Shown: in pieces, positions 20,079 through 29,661 of the stretch
Position numbering within the stretch: the stretch's first letter is position 1
Layout of the letters: each line of letters opens with the position of its first letter
Assembly (NCBI GenBank): GCA_025774935.1
Contig: JALGZK010000001.1
Coordinates: 148,266 to 212,265 of the forward strand
Source of the DNA: a bacterium
GTDB lineage: Bacteria; Joyebacterota; Joyebacteria; Joyebacterales; Joyebacteraceae
Direction of reading: 5' to 3'
Length of the DNA: 64,000 bases
Program-made: the position numbers and the translations under genes
Notes under the pieces: model-generated
Told to the model about the DNA's origin: nothing
The model's database searches: none
What the model saw: the letters and a program-made list of their open reading frames with translations, nothing else

Positions 20079-22289
20079 ATGCAGAACGCAGTGCTGGAGT
20101 GGGCGGGACGGGAACTGACGATCGAGACGGGCAGGCTTGCGAAGCAGGCGCCCGGCTCGGCGCTGGTCCGGTACGGGGACACGATGGTCCTCGCGACCGC
20201 CACGTATTCGAAGAGGGAGATCGACAGGGACTTCCTGCCGCTTTTCGTGGAGTACCGGGAGAAGTTCTACGCCGCCGGGAAGATCCCCGGCGGGTTCTTC
20301 AAGCGCGAGGGACGTCCGCAGACCAAAGAGGTTCTGAGCTCGCGGCTCATCGACCGGCCGGTGCGGCCGCTCCTGCCGGAACACATGCGGAACGAGGTCC
20401 AGGTCGTGGTGAACGTTCTCTCCGCGGACGGGGAGAACGATTCGGACACCCTGGGGATCATCGGCGCGAGCACCGCGCTCATGCTGTCAGGCGTGCCGTT
20501 CGACGGGCCGATCGGTGCGGTCAGGATCGGATTGGTCGAGGGCGAGCTCCTCGTCAACCCGACGTTCGACCAGCTCGAAGCGAGCACGCTCAACCTCGTC
20601 GTGGCAGGAACCGACGAGGCGGTCGTCATGACCGAAGGCGGAGCGCTCGAGCTCTCGGAGGACGACATGCAGCGCGCGCTCGATCTGGCGCACTCCGAGA
20701 TCCGGAAGGTGGTCGCCGCGCAGAAGGAGCTCATCTCGCGATGTGAGGTCACGCGGTTCGACGTCCCGCCGAAGACGTACCCGGAGGGTCTCGAGGAGCG
20801 CGTGCACTCGATGGTCATCGACAGGATCAAGGAAGCGATTCTGCCGGGATCGAAGGACGATCGCTACGCGACGATGGACGCCCTCAAGGAAGAGACGAGA
20901 GAGGCGCTCGCCGAGGAGTTCCCCGAGTGCGAGGGAGCGATCGGCGACGTGATCAAGGCGATCGAGAAGCACGAGATGCGGAGCCGCATCCTCGACGAGG
21001 GCGTCAGGTCTGACGGGCGCGGTCTCGACGACGTGCGGCCCATCACGTGCGAGACGTCGGTCCTGCCGCGCACGCACGGCTCGGCCGTGTTCACGCGCGG
21101 CCAGACGCAGGCTCTCGCGGTCACGACTCTGGGCTCGAGCAGCGACGAGCAGAAGATCGACGCCCTGGAGGGGGAGACGTGGAAGAGCTACATGCTCCAC
21201 TACAACTTCCCGCCCTTCTCGGTCGGAGAGGTGAGGCCGATCAGAGGTCCCGGGCGGCGCGAGATCGGGCACGGCGCCCTCGCGGAGCGTTCGATCCAGC
21301 CCGTCATCCCGACGGAGGACGTCTTCCCGTACACGATCAGAATCGTGTCTGACATCCTCGAGTCGAACGGCTCGTCGAGCATGGCGACCGTGTGCGCAGG
21401 CTCTCTGGCGCTCATGGACGCCGGCGCGCCCATCAAGTCCGCGGTGGCGGGAGTGGCGATGGGGCTCGTGAAGGAGGGCGACCGCTATGCCGTCCTGACC
21501 GACATCCTCGGGGTCGAGGACCATCTCGGCGACATGGACTTCAAGCTGGCCGGGACGAAGAACGGCATCACGGCGTTCCAGCTCGACTCGAAGATCGGCG
21601 CCATCCCGACCCAGCTCCTCTCCGAGGCGCTCGCCAAGGCGAAGGCCGCCCGGCTGCACATCCTCGGTGAGATGGACAGGGCGCTCTCGACGCACCGGGA
21701 GCAGCTCTCGGTCTATGCGCCGAAGATCGTCATGATCCGGATCCCGACGGAGAAGATCGGCGAGATCATCGGCCCAGGCGGGCGCGTGATCCGGAAGCTC
21801 CAGGAGGAGACCGACACGAAGCTCGACGTCGACGACGAGGGCATCGTCAAGATCTCCGGCCAGTCGCAGGAGGGAGTCGACAGGGCACGCGAGACGATCG
21901 AACTCATGACGAAGGAGCCGGAGATTGGCGAGGTCTTCGAGGGCGCGGTGAAGAGCATCACGGACTTCGGCGCGTTCATCGAGTTCCTCCCGAACCGGGA
22001 CGGCCTAGTGCACATCTCCGAGCTCGAGTACCACCGTGTTCAGAAGGTCGAGGACGTTCTGAAGATGGGGGAGATCGTCAAGGTCAAGGTCATCGGCATC
22101 GACGACAACGGCAAGGTCCGCCTCTCCAGGCGCGCGCTCATGCCGAAGCCCGAGGGCTGGGTGGAGGAGCGCAGGCCCGACCGCGGTTCGCGCGGACCAC
22201 GTCGTGACGGAAGACCCCGCGGGCGCCCCGGCGGACGTTCGGGCGGACGCTCGGACAGCAAGTCGACCGACCGCGCAAGACGGAAGTAG
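20079..22289 (+). CDS. pnp: Polyribonucleotide nucleotidyltransferase
   Basis: GKIPGGFFKREGRP, RREIGHGALAE, ESNGSSSMA, EDHLGDMDFK, KH and S1 domains. Confidence 0.98.
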   Translation: MQNAVLEWAGRELTIETGRLAKQAPGSALVRYGDTMVLATATYSKREIDRDFLPLFVEYREKFYAAGKIPGGFFKREGRPQTKEVLSSRLIDRPVRPLLPEHMRNEVQVVVNVLSADGENDSDTLGIIGASTALMLSGVPFDGPIGAVRIGLVEGELLVNPTFDQLEASTLNLVVAGTDEAVVMTEGGALELSEDDMQRALDLAHSEIRKVVAAQKELISRCEVTRFDVPPKTYPEGLEERVHSMVIDRIKEAILPGSKDDRYATMDALKEETREALAEEFPECEGAIGDVIKAIEKHEMRSRILDEGVRSDGRGLDDVRPITCETSVLPRTHGSAVFTRGQTQALAVTTLGSSSDEQKIDALEGETWKSYMLHYNFPPFSVGEVRPIRGPGRREIGHGALAERSIQPVIPTEDVFPYTIRIVSDILESNGSSSMATVCAGSLALMDAGAPIKSAVAGVAMGLVKEGDRYAVLTDILGVEDHLGDMDFKLAGTKNGITAFQLDSKIGAIPTQLLSEALAKAKAARLHILGEMDRALSTHREQLSVYAPKIVMIRIPTEKIGEIIGPGGRVIRKLQEETDTKLDVDDEGIVKISGQSQEGVDRARETIELMTKEPEIGEVFEGAVKSITDFGAFIEFLPNRDGLVHISELEYHRVQKVEDVLKMGEIVKVKVIGIDDNGKVRLSRRALMPKPEGWVEERRPDRGSRGPRRDGRPRGRPGGRSGGRSDSKSTDRARRK

Positions 22290-22363
22290 GACCGGAAGGC
22301 GCGTAGCGACCGCCCTCCTTCGACGCGACGGACCGTCCTCAGAGACCCTCCGGGGAGCGCGGG

Positions 22364-22858
22364 ATGGATCGAGTCGAGATCGAGATCAGCAGACTGCCGG
22401 GAGCGGAGGACATCCCGCTCCCGCGTTACATGAGCGACGGGGCGTCAGGCATGGACCTGTGCGCCGCAGTCGAGTCGCCGACCGTCGTCGAGCCGGGCCG
22501 GATCGGGCTCGTGCCGACGGGGCTCACGATCGCCGTACCCGAGGGCTTCGAAGCCCAGGTCCGCTCCAGGAGCGGACTTGCCCTCCGGTGCGGCGTCTTC
22601 GTGCTCAACAGCCCCGGTACCATCGACTCCGACTACCGCGGCGAGGTGCGTGTCATCCTCGCGAACCTGGGGAGCGAGCCCTTCCGCATCGAGCGCGGCG
22701 ACCGGATCGCGCAGCTCGTAGTAGCCCGGGTGTCGCGGGTCGAATGGGCGGAGGCTGAGGTCCTTGCGACGACCGACCGCCAGGCCGGCGGATTCGGCCA
22801 CACCGGCGGCCACAGCGGTGGCGGGGGCGGTAGCGGCGGCGACGGCGCCGGGCACTGA
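22364..22858 (+). CDS. dut: dUTP diphosphatase
   Basis: SGMDL, RSGLA, NSPGTIDSDYRGEV, GDRIAQL, GGFGHTG; short Gly-rich tail. Confidence 0.95.
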   Translation: MDRVEIEISRLPGAEDIPLPRYMSDGASGMDLCAAVESPTVVEPGRIGLVPTGLTIAVPEGFEAQVRSRSGLALRCGVFVLNSPGTIDSDYRGEVRVILANLGSEPFRIERGDRIAQLVVARVSRVEWAEAEVLATTDRQAGGFGHTGGHSGGGGGSGGDGAGH

Positions 22859-22871
22859 CCGGGGAGCGGCC

Positions 22872-23828
22872 ATGACGAACCCAGGGGCCCCGCAGTCGAG
22901 GCTTCGGCCCTTCGACTTCGTGTTCGTGCTGCGCCCAGCCACGATCGTCCCGCTCTGGATCTTCTTCGTCGCGGGAACGCGCCTGGCGGCCGCGAGATCG
23001 GGAGTAGAGCTCCCGCTGCTTTACCCACCCCGTGACGTGGTCCTCGGACTCCTCTCGATGACGGCCCTCCTCGCAGGGGGCTACCTCCTCAATCAGATCC
23101 GCGACATCGAGACCGACCGGAGGAACAAGAAGCTCTTCTTCCTCCCGCGGGGCCTCATCTCATTGCGAGCCGCGTGGACCGAGCTCGCGGTTCTCTGGCT
23201 CCTGGCAGTGCTTCTCGCGGTCCCGCTCGCGCCCGAGTTCGGGTGGGCGCTCGGGGCCGCGTTCCTTCTCGCGCTGACCTACTCCGCGCCGCCGGTCTCG
23301 GCCAAGGCGCGCACTCCGCTCGACCTCATCTGGAACGGGCTCGGGTTCGGAGCGGTCGCCGTCGTGGCGGGCTGGGCGACGGTGGCGCCCCTCTCGGGCG
23401 AGGTGGCTCTCCCGGCGCTCTCGTACACCCTGGCGGTCGCCGGGATCACCGCCTCGACCACGATCCCGGACATCCCGGGAGACGCGGCGCTCGGGCTCAG
23501 GACCACGGGAGCGGTCCTCGGAGTGGGGAGGACGAGCCTCCTGGGGGTGGTCCTGCTCGCCGCGGCCGCGCTCGCGGGGGCGATCGCCAAGGACCTCCTT
23601 GGCCTCTTCGGTCCGGTTGTGTCGCTCCCGCTCCTCCTGCGGGCGCACCGGACAGGCAGCCGCGCGCACAGGGTGGCCGCCAACCAGATCGCGGTCGCCG
23701 TCTTCGGACTCATCGTAGGGGCTCGCGCACCGTACCTCCTCGTGCTCGTCGCGGCCGTCGTGCTCCTCTCAAGGGCGTATTACCTAGCACGGTTCGGTAT
23801 TACCTACCCGGGCCCCGGAACTCCCTGA
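22872..23828 (+). CDS. UbiA-family prenyltransferase
   Basis: NQIRDIETDRRNK and TTIPDIPGD aspartate-rich motifs, YSAPP, multiple TM helices. Confidence 0.85.
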   Translation: MTNPGAPQSRLRPFDFVFVLRPATIVPLWIFFVAGTRLAAARSGVELPLLYPPRDVVLGLLSMTALLAGGYLLNQIRDIETDRRNKKLFFLPRGLISLRAAWTELAVLWLLAVLLAVPLAPEFGWALGAAFLLALTYSAPPVSAKARTPLDLIWNGLGFGAVAVVAGWATVAPLSGEVALPALSYTLAVAGITASTTIPDIPGDAALGLRTTGAVLGVGRTSLLGVVLLAAAALAGAIAKDLLGLFGPVVSLPLLLRAHRTGSRAHRVAANQIAVAVFGLIVGARAPYLLVLVAAVVLLSRAYYLARFGITYPGPGTP

Positions 23829-23887
23829 AACGGCCTCAGAACGCCGAAACACCCCAGGCACACCGCTTGCTGATTCCGGCTTTTCCG

Positions 23888-23917
23888 TTGACAGGCGTCG
23901 AGAGGCGTCCTTATCCT
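23888..23917 (+). promoter_or_regulatory. sigma70-type promoter for ktrBA
   Basis: TTGACA-18 nt-TATCCT. Confidence 0.6.
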
Positions 23918-24012
23918 CGCGGCAACGTCGACCGCCCGGGTAGGGGACGCGGGCCGACCCGCCCTCCTGAGAGTCCCCGAGCGGTCGACCCGCTTGATGG
24001 CGGAGGAGTTGG

Positions 24013-25764
24013 ATGGACAGAGAGAGGATCCTCGCCTGGTTGTCGAGAGCTATGTTCGGGGTCGCCGCGGTCGCCGTGGCCTCGCTCGTGCTCGAGTACG
24101 GCTTCTACCTCACGCCGGCCCAGGAGAGGCTCGTTCACCTGATCGACCTGGTCGTCGTGGTCGTCTTCGTCCTCGACGGGCTCATCCGCTTCGGGCTCTC
24201 CCGGAAGCGGCTCGCCTACGTGCGCGCCAGGTGGCCCGGGCTCGTGATCCTGGGGCTCATCCTGGTGCAGCTCTTCCTCGTGGCTCACCTCTCGGGCCGC
24301 GGCTGGCTCCCGGCGTTCCTCGAGTCCCGGAGCGTCCTGTCGCTCACGAAGGGCTACATCATCGTCCTCCAGGTCTACCTGGTCGTCCTCATCCTTGGGC
24401 AGGCGGTCAAGGCGAACCGGCGCGTGGCGTCCTTCCGGATCCACCCCGCCCGGACGGTCATGTTCTCGTTCCTGCTCATCATCTTCGCCGGCTTCCTGCT
24501 CCTCCTGACGCCCAAGGCGACGGCGGGCGGGGACATCGACGTGGTCGACGCGCTCTTCTCGGCGACCTCTGCGGTCTGCGTCACGGGCCTCGTCGTGGTC
24601 GACACAGGGAGGTACTTCACGGCCTTCGGACAGGGGATCATCCTCACGCTGATCCAGATCGGTGGCCTCGGGCTCATCACGCTCACGGCCTTCTTCGCGC
24701 TCATGATCAGGCGCGGCCTCGGAGTGAGGGAGAGCCTGGTGCTGCGCGGGGTCATGACGTTCGAGACAGTGGGCCGCCTTGGGCGGACGCTCGGGTACAT
24801 GATCGGCTTCACGTTCGCGATGGAAGCGCTGGGGGCACTCCTGCTCTTCACGCAGACGCGCCTCGACTTCGCACGGGCCGGAGAGGCCGTGTGGAAGTCC
24901 GTCTTCCACGCGATCTCCGCCTACTGCAACGCTGGGTTCTCGCTCTACTCGACGAGCTTCGAGCGATACTCGTCACACGTCCCGGTGAACCTCATCATGA
25001 CGTCGCTGATAGTGATAGGCGGCCTCGGCTTCCCGGTCATCATGAACGTCCTCGGGAGACGCGTGCTCGTAGCGCGACCGGGGGCCGCAGTGTCCCGCTG
25101 GTCGCTTCACTCGAAGCTGGTGCTGACGACGACCGTCGCGCTCCTCGTGGTCGGGACGATAGCGTTCCTGGGCCTGGAGTGGGACGGCATCCTCGCGGGG
25201 AAGCCGTTGGGCGACAAGGTCATGACGTCCTACTTCGCCTCAGTCACGGCGAGGACGGCCGGGTTCAACACTGTCCGGACTTCGGCGCTCGCGCTGCCGA
25301 CGCTCTTCCTGCTCGCCGCCATGATGTTCATCGGGGGTTCTCCCGGCGGGACGGCCGGGGGTGTGAAGACGTCGACCTTCGCGCTGGTGCTGATGTCGAT
25401 CCGCTCGATGATAGGCAGGGTGGGCCGCGTCGAGCTCTTCGGTCGGCGCGTGCCCCGGTGGATAGTGGCCGAAGCGCTCCTCGTCGTCTCGATGGGAATC
25501 CTCGTCGTGAGCGCGGGTATCTTCGTGCTCCTCATCGTCGAGGATTTGTCTATGAGCGACGTTCTGTTTGAGGTAACCTCGGCGTTCGGGACGGTCGGGC
25601 TCTCTACCGGCATCACGGCGACGCTGTCGCCGGTGGGGAAGATCGTCCTCATGATTATCATGCTCACGGGACGAATCGGTCCGCTGACACTTGCGCTCGC
25701 GCTCGGCCAGCGACCCGAGCCGCCCGACTACGATTACCCGGAGGAGAGGGTGGTCATCGGGTAG
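24013..25764 (+). CDS. ktrB: Trk/Ktr potassium uptake membrane subunit (KtrB/TrkH family) with extra N-terminal TM region
   Basis: Four pore motifs: SAVCVTGL, SAYCNAGF, RTAGFN, SAFGTVGLSTG; MFIGGSPGGTAGGVKTST. Confidence 0.92.
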   Translation: MDRERILAWLSRAMFGVAAVAVASLVLEYGFYLTPAQERLVHLIDLVVVVVFVLDGLIRFGLSRKRLAYVRARWPGLVILGLILVQLFLVAHLSGRGWLPAFLESRSVLSLTKGYIIVLQVYLVVLILGQAVKANRRVASFRIHPARTVMFSFLLIIFAGFLLLLTPKATAGGDIDVVDALFSATSAVCVTGLVVVDTGRYFTAFGQGIILTLIQIGGLGLITLTAFFALMIRRGLGVRESLVLRGVMTFETVGRLGRTLGYMIGFTFAMEALGALLLFTQTRLDFARAGEAVWKSVFHAISAYCNAGFSLYSTSFERYSSHVPVNLIMTSLIVIGGLGFPVIMNVLGRRVLVARPGAAVSRWSLHSKLVLTTTVALLVVGTIAFLGLEWDGILAGKPLGDKVMTSYFASVTARTAGFNTVRTSALALPTLFLLAAMMFIGGSPGGTAGGVKTSTFALVLMSIRSMIGRVGRVELFGRRVPRWIVAEALLVVSMGILVVSAGIFVLLIVEDLSMSDVLFEVTSAFGTVGLSTGITATLSPVGKIVLMIIMLTGRIGPLTLALALGQRPEPPDYDYPEERVVIG

Positions 25765-25826
25765 CGGTCCCAGGGAAGGCGAACGTGGCCGGTGCGGGTC
25801 ACGCCGACGCCTGACGGAGGTCTTCC

Positions 25827-26501
25827 ATGAAGCGGTTCGCAGTGGTCGGTCTGGGACGCCTGGGCCGCACGGTGGCCCGCGAGCTGGCGGGCAGGGGCTT
25901 CGAGGTGATCGCCATCGACGTCGACCAGGGGCTGGTTCAGTCGATCGCGGAGGAGGTCGCGCTGGCGATAAGGCTCGACTCCACGAACCGCGAAGCTCTC
26001 CTGAAGCAGGGCGTGGACAAGGTGGACGCCGCGCTCGTGGCGATCGGGGAGAACTTCCAGGCGGCAGTGCTGACGACCTCCATCCTCAAGGAGTTCGGGA
26101 TCCCGCGAGTGATCTCGCGAGCGGTCACCGAGGAGGAGGCGAGAGTCCTCAAGCTCGTCCACGCGGACGAGGTGATCCTCGTCGAGGAGATGGTCGCCAA
26201 ACGGCTGGCCCAGCAGATGATGACCCCGAGCCTCGTCGACATCGTCGAGCTCTCGCCAGGGATGAGTCTCGCCCGGATTGAGACATCCGAAGAGATGTGG
26301 GGGAAGACCCTGGCGTCGATCAAGTTCCGCCAGCGGTACGGGCTGAACGTCGTGGCGGTGATCAAGCCCGAGTGTGAGACGCGGTCGTGTCCGGCGACGC
26401 TTCTGCCCGACCCCGAGGCAGTCCTCGAGGAGGGCGACGTCCTGCTCGTCGACGGACCGGACGAGGCGATCGAGCGACTGGCCGCCTCAGAGGAGGCGTG
26501 A
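25827..26501 (+). CDS. ktrA: Trk/Ktr regulatory RCK subunit (KtrA/TrkA family)
   Basis: VVGLGRLG Rossmann motif, TrkA-C domain; follows ktrB. Confidence 0.9.
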   Translation: MKRFAVVGLGRLGRTVARELAGRGFEVIAIDVDQGLVQSIAEEVALAIRLDSTNREALLKQGVDKVDAALVAIGENFQAAVLTTSILKEFGIPRVISRAVTEEEARVLKLVHADEVILVEEMVAKRLAQQMMTPSLVDIVELSPGMSLARIETSEEMWGKTLASIKFRQRYGLNVVAVIKPECETRSCPATLLPDPEAVLEEGDVLLVDGPDEAIERLAASEEA

Positions 26502-26520
26502 GGGACCCGGAGCGCCCTTC

Positions 26521-27834
26521 GTGGCGTCGGAGGCGGAATTGAGGGAACGCTACTACATCGAGGAGATCGGCCGGCACGTCGATCGTGAGGTCACCCTCGA
26601 GGGATGGCTCGCCGGGAAGCGCTCGAGCGGGAAGATCCTCTTCCTGCAGCTGCGCGACGGCACAGGGTTCATCCAGTGCGTCGCGAGCCGTGCCGACGTC
26701 GGCGACGAGACCTTCGCCGCGGCGGACGAGCTCTCGATCGAGTCCTCGCTCCGCGTGACGGGGACGGTGCACGCCGACGCCCGAGCCCCGAGCGGGTACG
26801 AGCTGTCCGTCGCGGGCATCGAGATCGTCCACGCCGCGGACGAGTACCCGATCTCTCGGAAGGAGCACGGGACGGCGTTCCTCATGGACAACCGGCACCT
26901 GTGGATCCGTTCCTCGCGCCAGTTCGCCATCCTCCGCATTCGCGCCGCGGTCATCGTGGCCGCCCGACGCTACTTCGACTCGCGCGGATACACGCTCGTC
27001 GACACGCCGATACTGACGCCGAATGCCGTCGAGGGGACGACCACGCTCTTCGAGACGAAGTACTTCGACGAGAGCGCGTATCTCACGCAGAGCGGTCAGC
27101 TCTACAACGAGGCGACGGCGATGGCGCTCGGGAAGGTCTACTGCTTCGGTCCCGCACTCCGCGCCGAGAAGAGCAAGACCCGGCGTCATCTGATCGAGTT
27201 CTGGCAGATCGAGCCCGAGATCGCGTACGCCGATCTGGAAGACATCATGGACATTCAGGAGGAGCTCGTCGCCGAGCTCATTCGCCACGTGCTTGAGACG
27301 CGTGCTCCCGAGCTCGCGATCCTCGAGCGCGACACCGAGGCGCTCGCGAAGGCCGCGCCGCCGTTCCCGCGGCTCTCGTACACGGAAGCCGTCAAGCGCC
27401 TGAACGAGGCCGGTCACGCGTTCGAGTGGGGCGAGGACTTCGGGGCCGAGGACGAGACGGTCCTGTCGAAGCTGTTCGAGACACCGATCCTCGTGCACCG
27501 CTACCCCAGGATGGTGAAGCCGTTCTACATGGAAGACGACCCGGACGACGAGTCCGTCACGCTGTCGGTCGACATGCTAGCGCCCGAGGGCTACGGCGAG
27601 ATCGTCGGCGGCGGACAGCGAGCGATGGACGCGGAGCGGCTCGAGAGAAGGATGCGGGAAGAGGGAATGCCGGTCGACGAGTACCAGTGGTACCTCGACC
27701 TCAGACGGTTCGGCTCCGTGCCGCACGGCGGGTTCGGCATGGGCATCGAGAGGTTCGTCACGTGGGTGTGCGGCCTTCCGCACATCCGGGAGACGATCGC
27801 CTTTCCGAGGATGCTGTCGAGGCTCCGGCCCTGA
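26521..27834 (+). CDS. asnS: Asparagine--tRNA ligase (start may instead be TTG at 26539)
   Basis: [11 protein letters not shown]-fold, [42 protein letters not shown]. Confidence 0.93.
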   Translation: MASEAELRERYYIEEIGRHVDREVTLEGWLAGKRSSGKILFLQLRDGTGFIQCVASRADVGDETFAAADELSIESSLRVTGTVHADARAPSGYELSVAGIEIVHAADEYPISRKEHGTAFLMDNRHLWIRSSRQFAILRIRAAVIVAARRYFDSRGYTLVDTPILTPNAVEGTTTLFETKYFDESAYLTQSGQLYNEATAMALGKVYCFGPALRAEKSKTRRHLIEFWQIEPEIAYADLEDIMDIQEELVAELIRHVLETRAPELAILERDTEALAKAAPPFPRLSYTEAVKRLNEAGHAFEWGEDFGAEDETVLSKLFETPILVHRYPRMVKPFYMEDDPDDESVTLSVDMLAPEGYGEIVGGGQRAMDAERLERRMREEGMPVDEYQWYLDLRRFGSVPHGGFGMGIERFVTWVCGLPHIRETIAFPRMLSRLRP

Positions 27835-27884
27835 CAACCGGTCCCGCCGGTCGAGGCGGTTCTAGGGACGACAGGCACAGAGAC

Positions 27885-27919
27885 AGCGCCCCGACTCCGG
27901 CCGGGGCGCTTCGTGTTGT
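27885..27919. terminator. Hairpin between convergent asnS and glnA
   Basis: AGCGCCCCG-8 nt-CGGGGCGCT followed by TCGTGTTGT. Confidence 0.55.
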
Positions 27920-27943
27920 ACCGGGGTCGCTCGCGCCGCGGGA

Positions 27944-29404
27944 TCAGCAGTCGAAGTAGAGCGCGTACTCCGTCGGGTGCGGCCGGCCGGCGACGATCTC
28001 GGCCTCGCGGGTCTTCAGCCGGACCCAGGTCTCGACGAACTCCGCCGGGAAGATACCGGAGTCGGAGAGGAAAGCCCCGCCCTTCCGGAGCTCGTGAAGC
28101 GCCTCGTCGAGCGAAGCCGGGAGGGGGATGAGCTTCCTGCCCGGGTCGCGTTCGTCGAGGTTGCCCTCGAAGGGTCCGAAGCCTTCGTCCCTCGGGTCGA
28201 TGCCGCGCTCCATGCCGTCGAGCCCGGCCGCGATGAGCGCCGACATCACGAGGTAGGGATTGCAGGTGGCGTCGGCAGGCCTGAACTCGGCGGACTTCAT
28301 CTCGGGCTCCGTCGCGTACTTGGGGATACGAATCGCGGCGCTCCTGTCCCCGGCGGAGAACGAGAGCGCGACCGGCGCCTCGTACCCGGGCCTGAGGCGC
28401 CGGTACGAGTTCGTGCTGGGCGAGGTGACGGCGGCGAGCGCCCGTCCGTGGGACAGGATGCCGCCCAGGAACGAGAGAGCCTTACAGGAGAGCCCCGCGC
28501 AGCCGTCGTCTCCGTGGAGGAGCGGCTGGCCGTCCTTGACGAGCCGGATGTGTAGGTGGAGGCCACTTCCGGCCTGGTCAGCGATAGGCTTGGGCATGAA
28601 GGTGGCGGCGACGCCCCACTCGGCGGCCGTGTTCCTCACGATGTACTTCCCGAGCATCAGGTGGTCCGCCGCGAGCAGGAGCGGCTCGGGGTGGACCTCG
28701 ATCTCCTGCTGTCCCGGTCGTCCGTTCTCGTGGTGGTGGTACTTCACGGGGATCCCCGCTTCGAGCATGCGCGTCGAGATCTCGTTCCTCAGATCGAAGT
28801 AGCGGTCCGACGGCGGGACTGCCTGATAGCCCCCCTCGGGGCGGATCCTGTAGGCGAGCTCCTCGTCCCGCTCCTCGGTCGCCGGCCAGCCCGCCTCGTG
28901 CGACGCGACGTCGTAGAACGACCCGCTCGGCGTGTCGTCGTAGTCGACGGCGGCGAAGATGTAGAACTCCAGCTCCGGGCTCCAGAGACTGACGTCTGCG
29001 TGCCCCGAAGAGCTGAGGACCGCCTCCGCGTTCCGGGCGATCGTCCTGGGATCGAGGCGGAAGAGCTCCTTGGTGTCGGCCTCGCCCGCGGAGGCGATCA
29101 GCGAGACGACGGTGTGATCTCCGTAGTCGTCTACGAGCGCGGTAGTCGGGTCGGGGAGAAGCACCATGTCGCCCCTCTCGACCGACTTGAAACCTGAGAC
29201 GCTGGAGCCGTCGAAGCCGACCCCGCTCTCGAAGAGCCTCGCGTGGAACGCGGTCGCCGGGATCGTAACGTGGTGCCACCTGCCGAGCAGGTCGGCGAAC
29301 CTGAGGTTGATGAAGTCGACTTCGGCGTCGAGCGCGATCGCGACGAACTCGTCACCGGTTGCCGTCTCGCGGAGCCTCGTCGAGAGTTCGAGGTGCTGAT
29401 GCAT
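27944..29404 (-). CDS. glnA: Type I glutamine synthetase
   Basis: FDGSS, PELEFYIF, HHHE..GQQEI, ATFMPKP, SYRRLRPGYEAP, RSAAIRIP, EFRPAD..NPYL; ATG 29404 with GGAGG SD. Confidence 0.9.
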   Translation of the reverse strand: MHQHLELSTRLRETATGDEFVAIALDAEVDFINLRFADLLGRWHHVTIPATAFHARLFESGVGFDGSSVSGFKSVERGDMVLLPDPTTALVDDYGDHTVVSLIASAGEADTKELFRLDPRTIARNAEAVLSSSGHADVSLWSPELEFYIFAAVDYDDTPSGSFYDVASHEAGWPATEERDEELAYRIRPEGGYQAVPPSDRYFDLRNEISTRMLEAGIPVKYHHHENGRPGQQEIEVHPEPLLLAADHLMLGKYIVRNTAAEWGVAATFMPKPIADQAGSGLHLHIRLVKDGQPLLHGDDGCAGLSCKALSFLGGILSHGRALAAVTSPSTNSYRRLRPGYEAPVALSFSAGDRSAAIRIPKYATEPEMKSAEFRPADATCNPYLVMSALIAAGLDGMERGIDPRDEGFGPFEGNLDERDPGRKLIPLPASLDEALHELRKGGAFLSDSGIFPAEFVETWVRLKTREAEIVAGRPHPTEYALYFDC

Positions 29405-29527
29405 CCGTTGGTCCTCCGTGGGATCGTGTGAGTCTCGGGAGAAAAAGGGCGTGACCCGTCCGGTCCCGCCCTCGATGCGTCGGCCGACATGGGCTCCCGT
29501 GCCCTCGTCCGCGATTCCGTCACGTCG

Positions 29528-29556
29528 ATTGTAGCGTCCGGACGGTCCCCGGTCAA
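29528..29556 (-). promoter_or_regulatory. sigma70-type promoter for glnA
   Basis: Minus strand TTGACC-17 nt-TACAAT. Confidence 0.65.
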
Positions 29557-29595
29557 TCGGTCGGTCCGCACAAGGCCGGTCCGGCACCACGTGCG

Positions 29596-29627
29596 AGGGG
29601 GCCCGGGACGTCTGTCCCGGGCCCCCT
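29596..29627. terminator. 14-bp hairpin downstream of the selenoprotein gene
   Basis: AGGGGGCCCGGGAC-GTCT-GTCCCGGGCCCCCT; no U-tract on the minus strand. Confidence 0.55.
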
Positions 29628-29661
29628 TCTCAGGCGGAAGCGCCTGGCTCTTCGTACTACG

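Noticed and set aside
23924-24012. Known c-di-AMP (ydaO) riboswitch
   Set aside because: Leader is short and I cannot find the ydaO consensus; kept only as an unclassified structured leader
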